A stretch of 64,000 nt of DNA from Octopus sinensis (Eukaryota), in NCBI RefSeq assembly GCF_006345805.1, contig NC_043010.1:56358001-56422000 (forward strand). The letters are read 5' to 3'. Positions 51,487 through 63,325 of the stretch are shown here, piece after piece. The notes beneath the pieces are model-generated. The model was not told where the DNA came from and made no database searches. It saw only the letters and a program-made list of their open reading frames with translations. Position 1 is the first letter of the stretch, and the number at the start of each line of letters is the position of its first letter. A program made the translations under genes and the position numbers.

Positions 51487-51513
51487 GACTACAAAGTTTC
51501 GAAGTTTCGTCAG
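51487..51513 (-). ncRNA. Hammerhead core relic
   Basis: Minus strand CUGACGA-aacuuc-GAAA-CU-uugu-AG-U-C: canonical core and GUC triplet, but no stem I and a vestigial stem II. Confidence 0.3.
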
Positions 51514-51701
51514 GCACAAGAAAGCGAGCAAGTCGGAACTTCAAAGTTCCTGTTAACCTTTTCCTTCTTAAATTAAAATATATTCAACTGAAAAGTATGG
51601 CGTAGGCCTTCAGTTGAAATTGGTTTCGAATCTTGGGCCTTGACAGGCAATTTCGGGGCAGGAGTTAAACCGATTGATTCTCTTATACATACATACATAC
51701 A

Positions 51702-51732
<31 letters not shown>

Positions 51733-51745
51733 CATGCATACATAA

Positions 51746-51791
<46 letters not shown>

Positions 51792-51792
<1 letters not shown>

Positions 51793-52174
51793 TAGCTATG
51801 CATCGCCCGGCGTTGCTCAGGTTTGTAAGGGAAATAACTATAAAGCATTTTTAGAGAGTTATAGCCAAAAAATAGCAAAAAAATGGAAAAAAATGATGGT
51901 AAATTTTTTTTGAGATTTAAAAAAGGTAGAGTTGCGTCCCCTAGACAGTTTGTGGTCCGTATTCCTGATTCTCGACCCATGTCGAATTTATCGATTTTTT
52001 TCAGAACTGGGGGAACTTTTCAAAATTTTCGCTGCGTTAGTTTTGAATTATGACATTGGGCTATGTGTGTGTCAAGTTTCATCAGAATCGGTTGAAAGCC
52101 GTGGTCAGGGTGAGGGTACAAGCAAACAGACACACAGAAACACGCACAGACAAACTGCCGTTTATATAGAGAGA
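51792..52174 (-). mobile_element. Non-autonomous Helitron (383 bp)
   Basis: TC...CTAG termini, subterminal hairpin, (CTGT)-like repeats near the 5' end, A|T target in (TA)n. Confidence 0.88.
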
Positions 52175-52439
52175 TATATATATATATATATACCTATCTA
52201 TCCATCTACCTATCTATCTCTCTGTCTATCTACCTATCTATCTATTTATCTATCTAACCATCAACCTGTCTGTCTGCCTATCCCTCCATCTATCTATTTA
52301 TATGTGTGAGTGTCATATATATATACTTTGATAGGTTTCAGCCAGTATTGACCTAAGCCATGTCAAACTTAATAGCACCACCTAGCGACGTCATTCAAAT
52401 CACGATTCGGACAACATAGCCCATTCAAGTAGAGAGTTT

Positions 52440-53048
52440 ACGAAGACATATCTGGGTGTAGGAGGTTAATCCGGAATTTCTTGAAGGAATTTATCCAAAG
52501 ACTTCTCGCACTTTATGGGGTCTGTTTCTGCTTTAATGTGCTTTGATGTAATGTTAAAGGGAGCGGGACCAATCGAGGTGAAATAATTGTGCCGTACTGT
52601 TGTTGAGATGCGAGTGTGATTTATGTTGTGGACGGATAGTGCGAGGCCCAAGCCTTGGGTGTATTTTAAAGGTAATGTCAACATCATTTGGGCAATGCTG
52701 ATGCAGATGGTGTAGCGCTCACGGCGACAGTGGAGAGAATAAAGCTTGAGCTTTTCTAGTCGACCCCGATATTCAAGACCTGTCGTGCCATCTATCTTTT
52801 TTTTGTAATTGACCTTTGAGGTACTTCAACTTTCATGATACTTTGGGGAGACCACAGTGGACAACAGTATTCAAGGTGGGGTCGGGCAAAAGTGGAGAAG
52901 AGACGGATAATGGTGAGGATATCTCTCGACTGGAAATTTCTGAGAATCCAGGAACACATTATGTGGGCCATGTCAACTTTGCTGTTTAAATGAGTGGCCC
53001 AGCTTATGATTTTGTCTACAATTACTCCCAAGTCTCTGATGTTGTTGG

Positions 53049-53055
<7 letters not shown>
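52440..53055 (-). mobile_element. CR1/L2-clade LINE 3' fragment
   Basis: NNIRDLGVIVDK...ARPHLEYCCPLWSP and SLDKFLQEIPD; related to 7400-8760. Confidence 0.88.
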
Positions 53056-53124
<69 letters not shown>

Positions 53125-53154
53125 TACATATCTGTATATGTATATATGCACACA

Positions 53155-54015
53155 CGATCGCAAGGAATGAAGCCAGTATGCTCCTATGGATGTGTAATGT
53201 CTATGTGCATGTTCGACAGAGTGTAAGTGCCTTGAGAGAAAAGTTGGACCCAAGAAGCATCAGATGTAGTGTGCAAGAGAGACGACTGTGCTGGTATAGT
53301 CATGTGGCGAGAATGGATGAGGATAACTGTGTGAAAAAGTCCCACACCCTAGCGGTTGAGGGAACCTGTGGAAGAGGTAGACCCAGGAAGACCTGGGATG
53401 AGGTAGTGAAGCACGACCTTCGAACATTAGGCCTCACCGAGACAATGACTAGTGACCGAGACCTTTGGAAATATGCAGTGCGTGAGAAGACTCGGCAAGC
53501 CAAGTGAAACCATAACCCGTGGCCTATGCCAGGGCTGTAACCAGCCCACTTCTGCGTACCTTTCCTTCATTGGACACTAAACTCTGCTTGCGAAGACCTG
53601 TCGAGGCAAGTGAAATCGAAATCGAATCAAATTCGATGACTGGCACCCATGCAAGTGGAACGCTAAGAGCACCATCGTTGCCAGAGTAGCTGACTGGCTT
53701 CTGTGCCGGTGGCACGTGAAAAAACATTCGAGCGAGATCGTTGCCAGTGCCGCTGAACTGGCTCTTGTGCAGGTGGCACGTAAAAATCACCATTTGAGCG
53801 TGGCCGTTGCCAGTACCGCCTGACTGGCCCTCGTGCTGGTGGCTCGAAAAAGCACCCACTACACTCTCGGAGTGGTTGACGTTGGGAAGGGCATCCAGCT
53901 GTAGAAACTCTGCCAGATCAGATTGGAGCCTGATGCAGCCATCTGGTTCGCCAGTCCTCAGTCAAATCGTCCAACCCATGCTAGCATGGAAAAGGACGTT
54001 AAACGATGATGATGA
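53155..54015 (+). mobile_element. RTE-clade LINE 3' end with 3'UTR and (GAT)n tail
   Basis: SIRCSVQERRLCWYSHVARM...GRGRPRKTWDEVVKHDL...SDRDLWKYAV*; the 3'UTR has internal direct repeats and ends gatgatgatg. Confidence 0.9.
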
Positions 54016-54629
54016 CACACATACATACATACATACATACATACATACATACAGTTTAAATTTTTTGTCTTTGTATAAAGTCTGACGAGCTGTCCACAAG
54101 GCCTTGGCTTTGTGGATACGAAACCTTTGCTAACTCCATGCCCAAAATTGTGTGTGTGTATGTGTGTGCGCGTGTGTAGATACATACATTCATGCATACA
54201 TATATGTGTGTATATGTGTATGTATGTAGATAGACAGACAGATAGGTAGATATTGTTGATAGATAACAGATAGATATATGAATAGACGAGAGGTAGATGG
54301 GGTCCCACCACGACCACTGCACACGACATGGGGAACATTCAAGGGGAGGGGGGATAAGGAATATCAAAAATGAATTTAAAGTAGTTTCTCTCAAATGTCC
54401 TATTTTTAACCTCTTAAAGTTGTCTCGTACGTGTGTACGTATATGCGTGTGTGTGTATGTGTACGTGTTTGTGTATGTACATGTGTACGTTTAAGTATAT
54501 ATACATGGTCGTGTGTGTGTGCGCGCGCGCATACACCACCACCGCCGCCTCCCTCTTCCATATGGTAAGAAGAACAACAGCGTTAATGAATTATTGAAGA
54601 CATTTATACTGAGAGAAATTAGCCAAGTG

Positions 54630-54825
54630 TAACCAGTGTCAGTCACAGCTGACTGACCCCCACGGTGGGAGTTAGTGTCATAGAGTGGTGGTGGTCAGTA
54701 TCACACATAACACTGAGATAATGAGGTTGATTGACAGGGCCGCAGTGAGCAAATGTATTAACTGTGGATTATCCTACAGAGTGGTGGTGGTCACTATAAA
54801 CATCATACTGAGATAATGAGGGAAC
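54630..54825. promoter_or_regulatory. Candidate TALE-homeodomain (Pbx/Meis) enhancer
   Basis: TGATTGACAG at 54728-54737, near-palindrome GTCAGTCAcagcTGACTGAC at 54638-54657, and a ~45-bp direct repeat with a 96-bp period. Confidence 0.4.
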
Positions 54826-55177
54826 CTCTCCCTAGACGATGCACCTGCTGGAAATAGCAACCAAATCGCCTTTGAATCACACGCTTTATCGACTTAAAGG
54901 AGAATACGCAGGTTAGAATACATCCTGATAGATTAAAAAAAAAAAGAGAGAGAGAAAGGGGGTCTAGTAAGTTTCATTCGCAAAATGAGCCCCCCACCCC
55001 TCTCCCTAATTTTGCTCAGATTGCTTTCAATTTCGGTGTATCGATGCAACTGAATTTTGATTACGATCGAGCAATTACTTTATCTCGTAAATTAAAGAAT
55101 TTGATGTTATTAGGAATTAAAGTTGGGAAATTTGGATAATTTTAACAAATCAACAGACAGCGTGGCATTAGCAACTT

Positions 55178-55191
55178 GTTACCATGACAAC
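55178..55191. promoter_or_regulatory. RFX X-box-like motif
   Basis: GTTACCATGACAAC, preceded by a TAGCAAC half-site. Confidence 0.35.
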
Positions 55192-55729
55192 CACACGCTG
55201 TGTTTCACTTCACCTGTGTCTGTGCCGCGCGTTGTTCCGTCTTGATTCTTCTTCACACCACGAGATTCTTGTCACCCACGTATTTTGTTTTAATTTTTCT
55301 ATGTGTTAGCATATTACATATTTTTCTGTGCTTCTGTGTGTTGGTATTTTTACAGTTTCCATTTCATATATTTTGGGGACAAATTCTTTGTTGACCAGTG
55401 TTATTCTTATCGTAGTTTACAAATCCAAGCATGAAAACGTTACTCAACTTTGGAGTTTTGGAGACAGACGCCCCCTTTTCACACACACACACTCTTATAT
55501 ATTAATGATGTACGCAAATACACGACAGGTATACATAATACTGAAATACGTATAAAGTAAACACGCAAATATAGCAAATTCAAAAATAATTTTTAAAACG
55601 TACAATCAATGAAGAGACAAAAGAAACAGTAAGGTGATCCATGTTGATTTTATTAGGTATTTCTGTTTATTTAGAAACCTACAGTGAACAGGGGATTCCA
55701 CATATGCTAAACTATAAATTTCACAGGGT

Positions 55730-56295
55730 ACAACCTTAGAGTTGTAATGAAATGATCAAACTCAGTAACAATCTATTAAGCAACAACTACCCCAAAAGCA
55801 TACTCTCCACTCCAATTATGAAGAAAAGATAGAATGAAACCAATAAACTGTCCACAGTCTGTCTACCCTATGTGAAAGGCCTCTCTGAAAAGATACAAAA
55901 GATATGTGGCCCATATGACATCAGATCAGTATTCGCAAATATCTCCTTCGAATAAAACCACCAACAGAAGAGAATATGACTAAGAACTGCGTGTACTCCA
56001 TCCCATGCAGCTGTGGTAGTTTATACAAAGGCGGAACATGCCGCGCCCTCAAAATACAGGTAGAGGAACATCGCAAAGCTGTGACACGGGGAGATATTGA
56101 TAAATCGGGTATAGCTGATCATGTATGGAAAAATGGAGACCACCTCCCCACCTGTGGGATGAAGTTAAAATAATAGACAGAGAACACCACTGGAAAATAC
56201 GAAAACTAAAAGCATCAGCGCATATGCTAGGACACAACAACCTCCTAAGCAGACTGAGTGCAGATATGAACAGCATATGGGAATCGGTATTAAGG
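55730..56295 (+). mobile_element. Penelope-like element, GIY-YIG endonuclease fragment
   Basis: CLPYVKGLSEKIQKI, NCVYSIPCSCGSLYKGGTCRALKIQVEEHRK, KSGIADHVW and KIIDREHHWKIRKLK. Confidence 0.9.
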
Positions 56296-56417
56296 TAAGA
56301 TAGGAGAATATTATATTTATAAGCGTTAAAACTCACTCCATAGTTGCTTACGGGCATATGGCGTAGTGGTTAAGAGTGCAGGCTACTAACCCCAAGATTC
56401 CAGGCAGTGAGAGTTAG

Positions 56418-56460
<43 letters not shown>

Positions 56461-56463
<3 letters not shown>

Positions 56464-57562
56464 GCCAGTCCATGAGACCAACCCCTACATCATTCAAAAA
56501 ATCTGATTCTCTTCACAGTATGACAAGGGGGGGGGCGTTGTCCTGCACGAAGATAGGAGGTTGAACTAACGAGGATCGGAGATGTAGAAGGACATGCTGT
56601 CTAAGAATTTACTTGTAGATTTCATCATTGACAGTCCATTGTAGGCGAATAAATGGACCAGAACCAGCAGCAGATATCACTACCCATACCATACTGTCTT
56701 ATTCACACATGCACGAGATAACCTGTTGCCACTTCCTCGTCGGACGTACATCCAGCCATCAGAACCAGTCACATGGAACTTCAATTCATTGCTAAAATGA
56801 ACCTGCGACCACTGTTCTTCTGTCCAGGCGACATTTTCGTTTGGACAGAAGAACAGTGGTCTCTTTGATTCTTCTTGGAGATCAGAGGGTTCTTTGCCGG
56901 TGCCCGAACAGAACCTCGTGACCTCCGAGAAACTGTTTTGCGCGATACGTTGACATCGGAAGAGGAGCTAAGCAGTACTCATAAACCTATCCTTCAGTGA
57001 CATTCTAACCATAATACGATGTTGTCTTGGTGAAGTTTTACGAGGTCTACTGGGATTGGGTTTAGAATCTGTCGATCCTGATGACTTAAAACGAGCTACA
57101 ATTCGTTGCACAACACTTGTAGACTTTCCTACAGTAGTTGCTATCACAAAATTTTACATTCCCTCTTGGTGAAGGCACACAATCCTTTGTTTTTCATCAC
57201 AAGACACCGGTCGTCTCTCACAAGCCGCCATGTTGACAGTTGAATGTTCCAATAATGTGAGGTCATAAGAAATAAACAACAAATCTAAACAACAAATTAT
57301 CTAAACAACAAATACCTCGGTTAGTAGTTCATCTTTTCTAAGTGACTCTTAAATTTTGGCCGCTGCAACTTGGAAGATAGTTTGTTTATTTCCTCATAAC
57401 TTATGGAATATTTATTCCATTCACTTGAAATTTTCATGAAAGATCGATATTAAATATATCTAAATATGTGAAAAATATCTAACCTCAACCTGTTGTTAAT
57501 CATCTATAATAACTATTTCAATACACTTGTTTTTACTGACCCTTTTATTATGGCCGCTACTG
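56461..57562 (-). mobile_element. Tc1-like DNA transposon, 3'-truncated, transposase pseudogene
   Basis: TA|CAGTAGCGGCC terminus at 57562; ATG at 57231 gives MAACERRPV..., RPRKTS, WTEEQWSQVHFSNE.KF...GSDG, IFVQDNAP and MDWP, then (TAA)n. Confidence 0.9.
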
Positions 57563-57564
57563 TA

Positions 57565-57829
57565 TATCTGTATGTATGTATGTATGTATGTATGTATGTA
57601 GGTAGGTAGGTAGGTAGGTAGGTAGGTAGGTAGGTAGGTAGGTAGGTAGGTAGGTAGGTAGGTAAGTAGGTAGGTAGGTAGGCAGGTAGGTAAGTAGGTA
57701 GGTAGGTAGGTAGGTAAGTAGGTAGGTAGGTATGTAGGTAGGTAAGTAGGTAGGTAGGTAGGTAAGTAGGTAGGTAGGTAGGTAGGTAGGTAGGTAGGTA
57801 GGTAGGTAGGTAGGTAGGCAGGCATGTAT
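57565..57829. repeat. (TATG)n/(TAGG)n microsatellite
   Basis: Directly visible; recurs at 58408-58666. Confidence 0.97.
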
Positions 57830-58407
57830 GTCTCTTCTATTTTTTTTACTTATTATAAATCTTCCTTCCACTAAGGAGGGAGCTGATTTCCAACAAAGAT
57901 ACAAGGCTCCATCTTTGGGATGTAATTAACACAGACAAATTCACATTTGAACTTGAGAAAAGTCTTGCATATTTTTACTGTTCCACTCACAGATTGGACT
58001 TGTAATGTACAGATCAGCCAGTCAATTTCTCTTTCTGAAAATCCCAATTTATCCAGATTCTCCTTTAAGTATTTACTAACAAAACCTAGTGCTCCAATTA
58101 TTATTGGTATGAATATGAATTCATAGTCTGGATATAGAAACTGGAGGTTTCGAAGCAGTTGTCCATAGATATCCTCTTCTTTGATTTTCAGAGAGATATT
58201 TATATCTGCCGGCAGCTAACCTCTATGATGGTACATAGCTTTGCCCCTCTCTCCCAACAACAATATCTGGCCTGTCGTGCTTACATTTGACGGAAGTTTT
58301 GATGGGAATATTCCGCCAGTATTCCTTGAGTTGGCGTTTATGAATGTATTCCATAACAGAGGGATTTTCTAAGTTTATTTCAGGACAGTCGTTTTTGCGG
58401 ATGTCAG
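57830..58407 (-). mobile_element. R4/Dong-type LINE 3' end (RLE), copy 1 of tandem pair
   Basis: Near-identical to 58667-59246, with two 1-nt deletions in short homopolymers. Confidence 0.9.
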
Positions 58408-58666
58408 TATGTATGTATTATGTATGTAGGTAGGTAGGTAGTAGGTAGGTAGGTAGGTAGGTAGGTAGGTAGGTAGGTAGGTAGGTAAGTAGTAGGTAGG
58501 TAGGCAGGTAGGTAAGTAGGTAGGTAGGTAGGAGGTAGGTAGGTAGGTAGGTAGGTATGTAGGTAGGTAAGTAGGTAGGTAGGTAGGTAAGTAGGTAGGT
58601 AGGTAAGTAGGTAGGTAGGTAGGTAGGTAGGTAGGTAGGTAGGTAGGTAGGTAGGCAGGCATGTAT

Positions 58667-59246
58667 GTCTCTTCTATTTTTTTTACTTATTATAAATCTT
58701 CCTTCCACTAAGGAGGGAGCTGATTTCCAACAAAGATACAAGGCTCCATCTTTGGGATGTAATTAACACAGACAAATTCACATTTGAACTTGAGAAAAGT
58801 CTTGCATATTTTTACTGTTCCACTCACAGATTGGACTTGTAATGTACAGATCAGCCAGTCAATTTCTCTTTCTGAAAATCCCAATTTATCCAGATTCTCC
58901 TTTAAGTATTTACTAACAAAACCTAGTGCTCCAATTATTATTGGTATGAATATGAATTCATAGTCTGGATATAGAAACTGGAGGTTTCGAAGCAGTTGTC
59001 CATAGATATCCTCTTCTTTGATTTTCAGAGAGATATTTATATCTGCCGGGCAGCTAACCTCTATGATGGTACATAGCTTTGCCCCTCTCTCCCAAACAAC
59101 AATATCTGGCCTGTCGTGCTTACATTTGACGGAAGTTTTGATGGGAATATTCCGCCAGTATTCCTTGAGTTGGCGTTTATGAATGTATTCCATAACAGAG
59201 GGATTTTCTAAGTTTATTTCAGGACAGTCGTTTTTGCGGATGTCAG
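58667..59246 (-). mobile_element. R4/Dong-type LINE 3' end with open RLE endonuclease ORF, copy 2
   Basis: ORF 58708-59193: HDRPDIVVW...IIEVSCP...K...IPIIIGALG...GTVKICKTFLK (PD-D/ExK-type RLE). Confidence 0.92.
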
Positions 59247-59321
59247 TATGTATGTATATATGTTAAGGTGAAACCGTGTGCCGTGAGGAGAGTTGACTTT
59301 GCACGTTGGGGTACGGCTAAC

Positions 59322-59358
<37 letters not shown>

Positions 59359-59939
59359 GCGTGATCTATCGCTGAAATTTCGATGTTTTGTTTCATACCA
59401 CTCAGTAATATTCTTAAAAAAACGGAAGAGCACATTAGATGTTCTCCAAGATGCTCTGACAGAAATAAAAGCGGGATGGCCACACCTGGAATGTCAATAA
59501 GTCTTCGTGGCTCTTACGTTTTAGCCAGCACGCTTCTTTAACAACAACAACAATTGCGCGCGTGTGCCTTATGTTACTAAAGTATCTGAGTAATAAAAAC
59601 CATGGTTTCTGAGTAAAACAAAGTCATCGATTAACTGGAAAATTACAATTTGTAAGTGGAACAGTTAAAAGATAGGAGTGACATGGAATGGATTTGGCTG
59701 CTCTTTTTAGGAGGCTCCTTGATCCGTTAGGCTTAACTCTAATATATATGGAGTTGGGTAGAGAGAGAAGTTATATTGTTTATAATGTTCGGTTGGATAG
59801 TGTCAACCCGTAATAGTAAACAACGAGAGTAAATACAGGGTATAACAGGCGGGGCTGGTTGCTGATTAACACCTGAGACAGATGTATGGTCGAAAGCATT
59901 CCAATCGTGACCATCCAATCTTTTAATAAAGGATATGAA

Positions 59940-60068
59940 GGACTCTTTTATCTACGTCTCCTCTGTATGAAGGTGTGGTTTGGGGGGAGATTTGGCTACT
60001 ATTTCTAGCAGGTCGAGTAATCGTATATTGAGTTGATGGGAAGAATAAATATAAGAGGTGAAGAGAGA

Positions 60069-60107
<39 letters not shown>

Positions 60108-60700
60108 GGGGTAGAAATAGGCAGACAGATATAGAGAAAGAGGAAGAGAGGGAGATAGACAGGCATGCAGGCAGACAAACAGACAGGCAGGTAGATCTAA
60201 TAGGGATGTAGAGAAGTAGAAAGAGTAAGAGTAAAAAGCAGATGAAAGAGAGAAAGAGGGAGAGGGAGAGAGAGAATGCGGGAGTAGGGGTGCAATGGAG
60301 GAGCGGTGAGATGTGAGGTGGTGGGGTGATGTGGTGCACAGATAACGAATAGATTATAAAGGAAAGCCTTGTAAATCCGTGATTGACATAATCTGGCTTT
60401 TCTTGGGATTGACTTGTCATTCTATGTGGGATCGATCCAGAGACCTCTTAAAGCGACACACTTCACGGCATCCCACCGTGGGGCAGGGGGAAAGGAGACT
60501 GCATTCTTGAAGGCAGATGTTGTCTGTTGGATAAGGGTTAGGGGTTTGGTGAAAATGGAATAGAAATGCAGGGGTTAGATATGGACGATTTGGGATTAGA
60601 GTTGTTGGAAAATTTGAATAAAGTCTTTGGGGAATGTCAAGGAAATGTTGAAATATCTGGGAATTATTAATGAGATAGAATATTGGGGGAGAATAACTGA
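59940..60700 (-). mobile_element. Possible very old Penelope-like relic
   Basis: Minus traces PCPTVGCREVCRF and HGFTRLSFIIY weakly resemble the Cys motif and FTCxSxNxIY upstream of GIY-YIG; split by (GA)n. Confidence 0.3.
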
Positions 60701-60984
60701 TTAGGTAGGGGTGGATGGGTTTAGGGGGTGGGTGGACGTGGAGACGGGGGACTAGTGGGCATTGGAGACGGGGAGCCAGGTGACATACAGACAGACAACA
60801 GAGAAACAGACAGACAGATAGATAGATAGACAAAATAGGAGAGAAAGGGGGTAAGAAAGGAGGGCGTAGTCAGTAGAGAGATGGAGAAAGAGAAAGTAAT
60901 TAGATGAGGAAGAAAACTATACACACACATGTATATATATGTGTGTGTGTGTCTGCACTTGTATGTTTGCATGTGTGTGTGTAT

Positions 60985-61015
<31 letters not shown>

Positions 61016-61685
61016 CGCATATATATAGCATATGTGTGTGTGTGTGTGTTTGCGTATATGTATTGAGAAACAACAGCGGCGGGAGGGGGAGATATCTGTA
61101 GTTTTGAACAAAAGACGTGATGGTCACAGTGAGAACTTCTTTGATGATAGGTCTTTTGTATCAGGTGTTGAGGTCGACAACAACATTGAAGAGCCTTACA
61201 ACTAATCTAGCCAATGTCTCAGTTTAGCCAAAAGTGACCACCACTACCGATATAGAAGTACGTGATTAACTTTCGTCTTTAACAACTGTAAGTGAAAGAC
61301 TGAAGGTGGAGTATATATAGTGGGGTGCTGAGGCGGAAGGATTGGGCGCAGCGGTTAGTGGGGGTGAGAGGAAGGAGGAGAGGCCGGTGAGTAGAAAGGG
61401 ACAACAAGATCAACGGTTTAACCATAGGTCAACCTTTAATGAACAGAGCCCTGGACAAAGACTTTCCAGCTCTGATCATTCTGTTGTTTCTTTCTTTTTT
61501 GGTCATTGTGCATCTAGGAGTAAAGCAACTTACTTTAAGACTAGAAAAGGATTTGAGGAACGTTTGACCTGAGATCATTCACAACTTTTGTAGAATTGTG
61601 AAAAGGTTTCCAAGACAACATATTTTGCTTTGGAATTATTGGACTAAATTTAAAATATTCAACAAAGTGTGTTTTTGTTTGTTTG

Positions 61686-61914
61686 TTATTTTATACTTGT
61701 TTCAGTCTTTAGATTGCAGCCATGCTGGGGCTGCACCGCCTTGAAGGACTTTCATTAGAATGAATCGACCCCAGGACTTATTTTAAAGCTTTCAAGTCAG
61801 TTACTTATCCTATCGGTCCCTTTTGCCGAACCGCTAAGCTACAGGAACATAAATACAACACCGGTTTCAAGCGAAACAAACACAGACACAAAGACACGCG
61901 CATGCACATGCACT

Positions 61915-61947
<33 letters not shown>

Positions 61948-62110
61948 GACGGGCTTCTTTCAGTTTCCGTCTACCAAATCCACTCACAAGGCTTTAGACG
62001 GCCGGAGACTATAATAGAAGACATTTGCCCAAGGTGCCACGCAGTGGAACTGAGCCCTGAACCATGTGATTGGGTAGCAAGCTTATTATCATACAGCCAC
62101 GCCTGTGCCT
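61686..62110 (-). mobile_element. SINE family B, full length, tRNA-derived
   Basis: Minus-strand head ggcacaggcgtggctgtatg...catggttcagggctcagttccactgcgtggcaccttgggc, internal (GT)n, tail gcatggctgcaatctaaaagactgaaacaag. Confidence 0.9.
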
Positions 62111-63223
62111 ATATAATAAGTTTCAAGGGAAAGAATAAGCACCACTACACATCATGAACTTGGCATAAAAACCACGACACAACATTTGTTACAAACAAAA
62201 ACTGGGAAATATTTTTTTTTAAATAATAAATTTTGAAAAATGAGACCCATTTTGGAGGAATTTTTTTTATTTGCTAAAATGTTTGTCATTGATTTGTTAA
62301 AGGGTTTAGGGACCTGATATAGTTGGCACCAAAGAGCAGCAGTGTTAGGCATAGAGTGGTGGTGGCCACAGGTCAGTCGTGATCATCTGATGTAAGAAAC
62401 TCAGGCTGCATGAGCCAACGTCCTTTGTTTGAAAAGAGAAAAGTGTGATTTTTCCGGAATCTTTTGCTATTATTTCTAGTTCGCGGGCGACCAGTTAGAG
62501 ACCCCCACCATTGGTTGCCATCAATGTCGTTTGTGAGATCCAGCTGTGTCGGCTGGTTGAGACATTTTAATTCAACGATGGACAATGTATATCAGTGAAA
62601 TCCCAGTTAAAACTAAGGCTGCAGCAGACGTATTTTGTTTCTGCTGTTGTTGTTGTTGTAATTGTTGGCAGGAAAGATCGTGATGGTGGTGGTGGAGGAG
62701 CAGCAATGGTGGTGGAGAGAAACCTAACAACAACATCAACAATAACAGCAACAACAATTGCATCCTATCGTCTTAGGAGACGAAAGGATGGATACATGTA
62801 ATCCTGAATTCCTTAAGCATAGGAAAAAGACGGGATGTTCGTAGTCGGAATGCCTTTAAGCATAGATCTTATTGGATGAGGACTGACCTGGGGCTAAACA
62901 TCAGCATCACCACCAACAACGATTACAAACATAAGCAATAACAGTATCAACTACAACGACTGCAACTGCAGCAGCAACAACCACAACAGCAAAGAATAAA
63001 AGATTTATTAGTTATTTCGATCCGTCTGAACTTTCCCCTCACATTTTTAATGTAGATATTAAGCAATGATATATTTTTTAGCCCAAATTTTCTCATTTTC
63101 TACGTTGTTTACTTGCTTTTTTTGTTGTTGTTGCTGCTGTTACATTTATTTTGTTTCTGCACAGATTTCTGTTTTATTTATTGGTTTATCCTTTTATATT
63201 TATTGGTTCGACATCAATTTGTA

Positions 63224-63325
63224 GCGATGGCGGAGATTGGGGAAAAGAGGCGATAATTTCTGTGGCTGCCATCTTTGTTAAATGGCGGCGTTGGTTGTGA
63301 GTTGTCGTCGCTGAAATTGGTAAAG
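63224..63325. promoter_or_regulatory. CpG-rich promoter-like island with two divergent YY1 motifs
   Basis: Minus AAAGATGGCAGC (63265-63276) and plus AAATGGCGGCG (63280-63290); the plus ATG gives MAALV followed by donor |GTGAGT at 63297. Confidence 0.4.

Noticed and set aside
55157-55201. pre-miRNA hairpin (ACAGCGTG...CACGCTGT)
   Set aside because: Only 8 bp of perfect stem with a poorly paired interior; too short and unstable for a Drosha substrate.
57224-57235. YY1 promoter motif CAACATGGCGGC
   Set aside because: It is simply the Tc1 transposase start codon context.
62373-62585. 70-aa minus ORF as a terminal exon
   Set aside because: Non-ATG start, no polypyrimidine acceptor and no recognisable homology; more likely non-coding.
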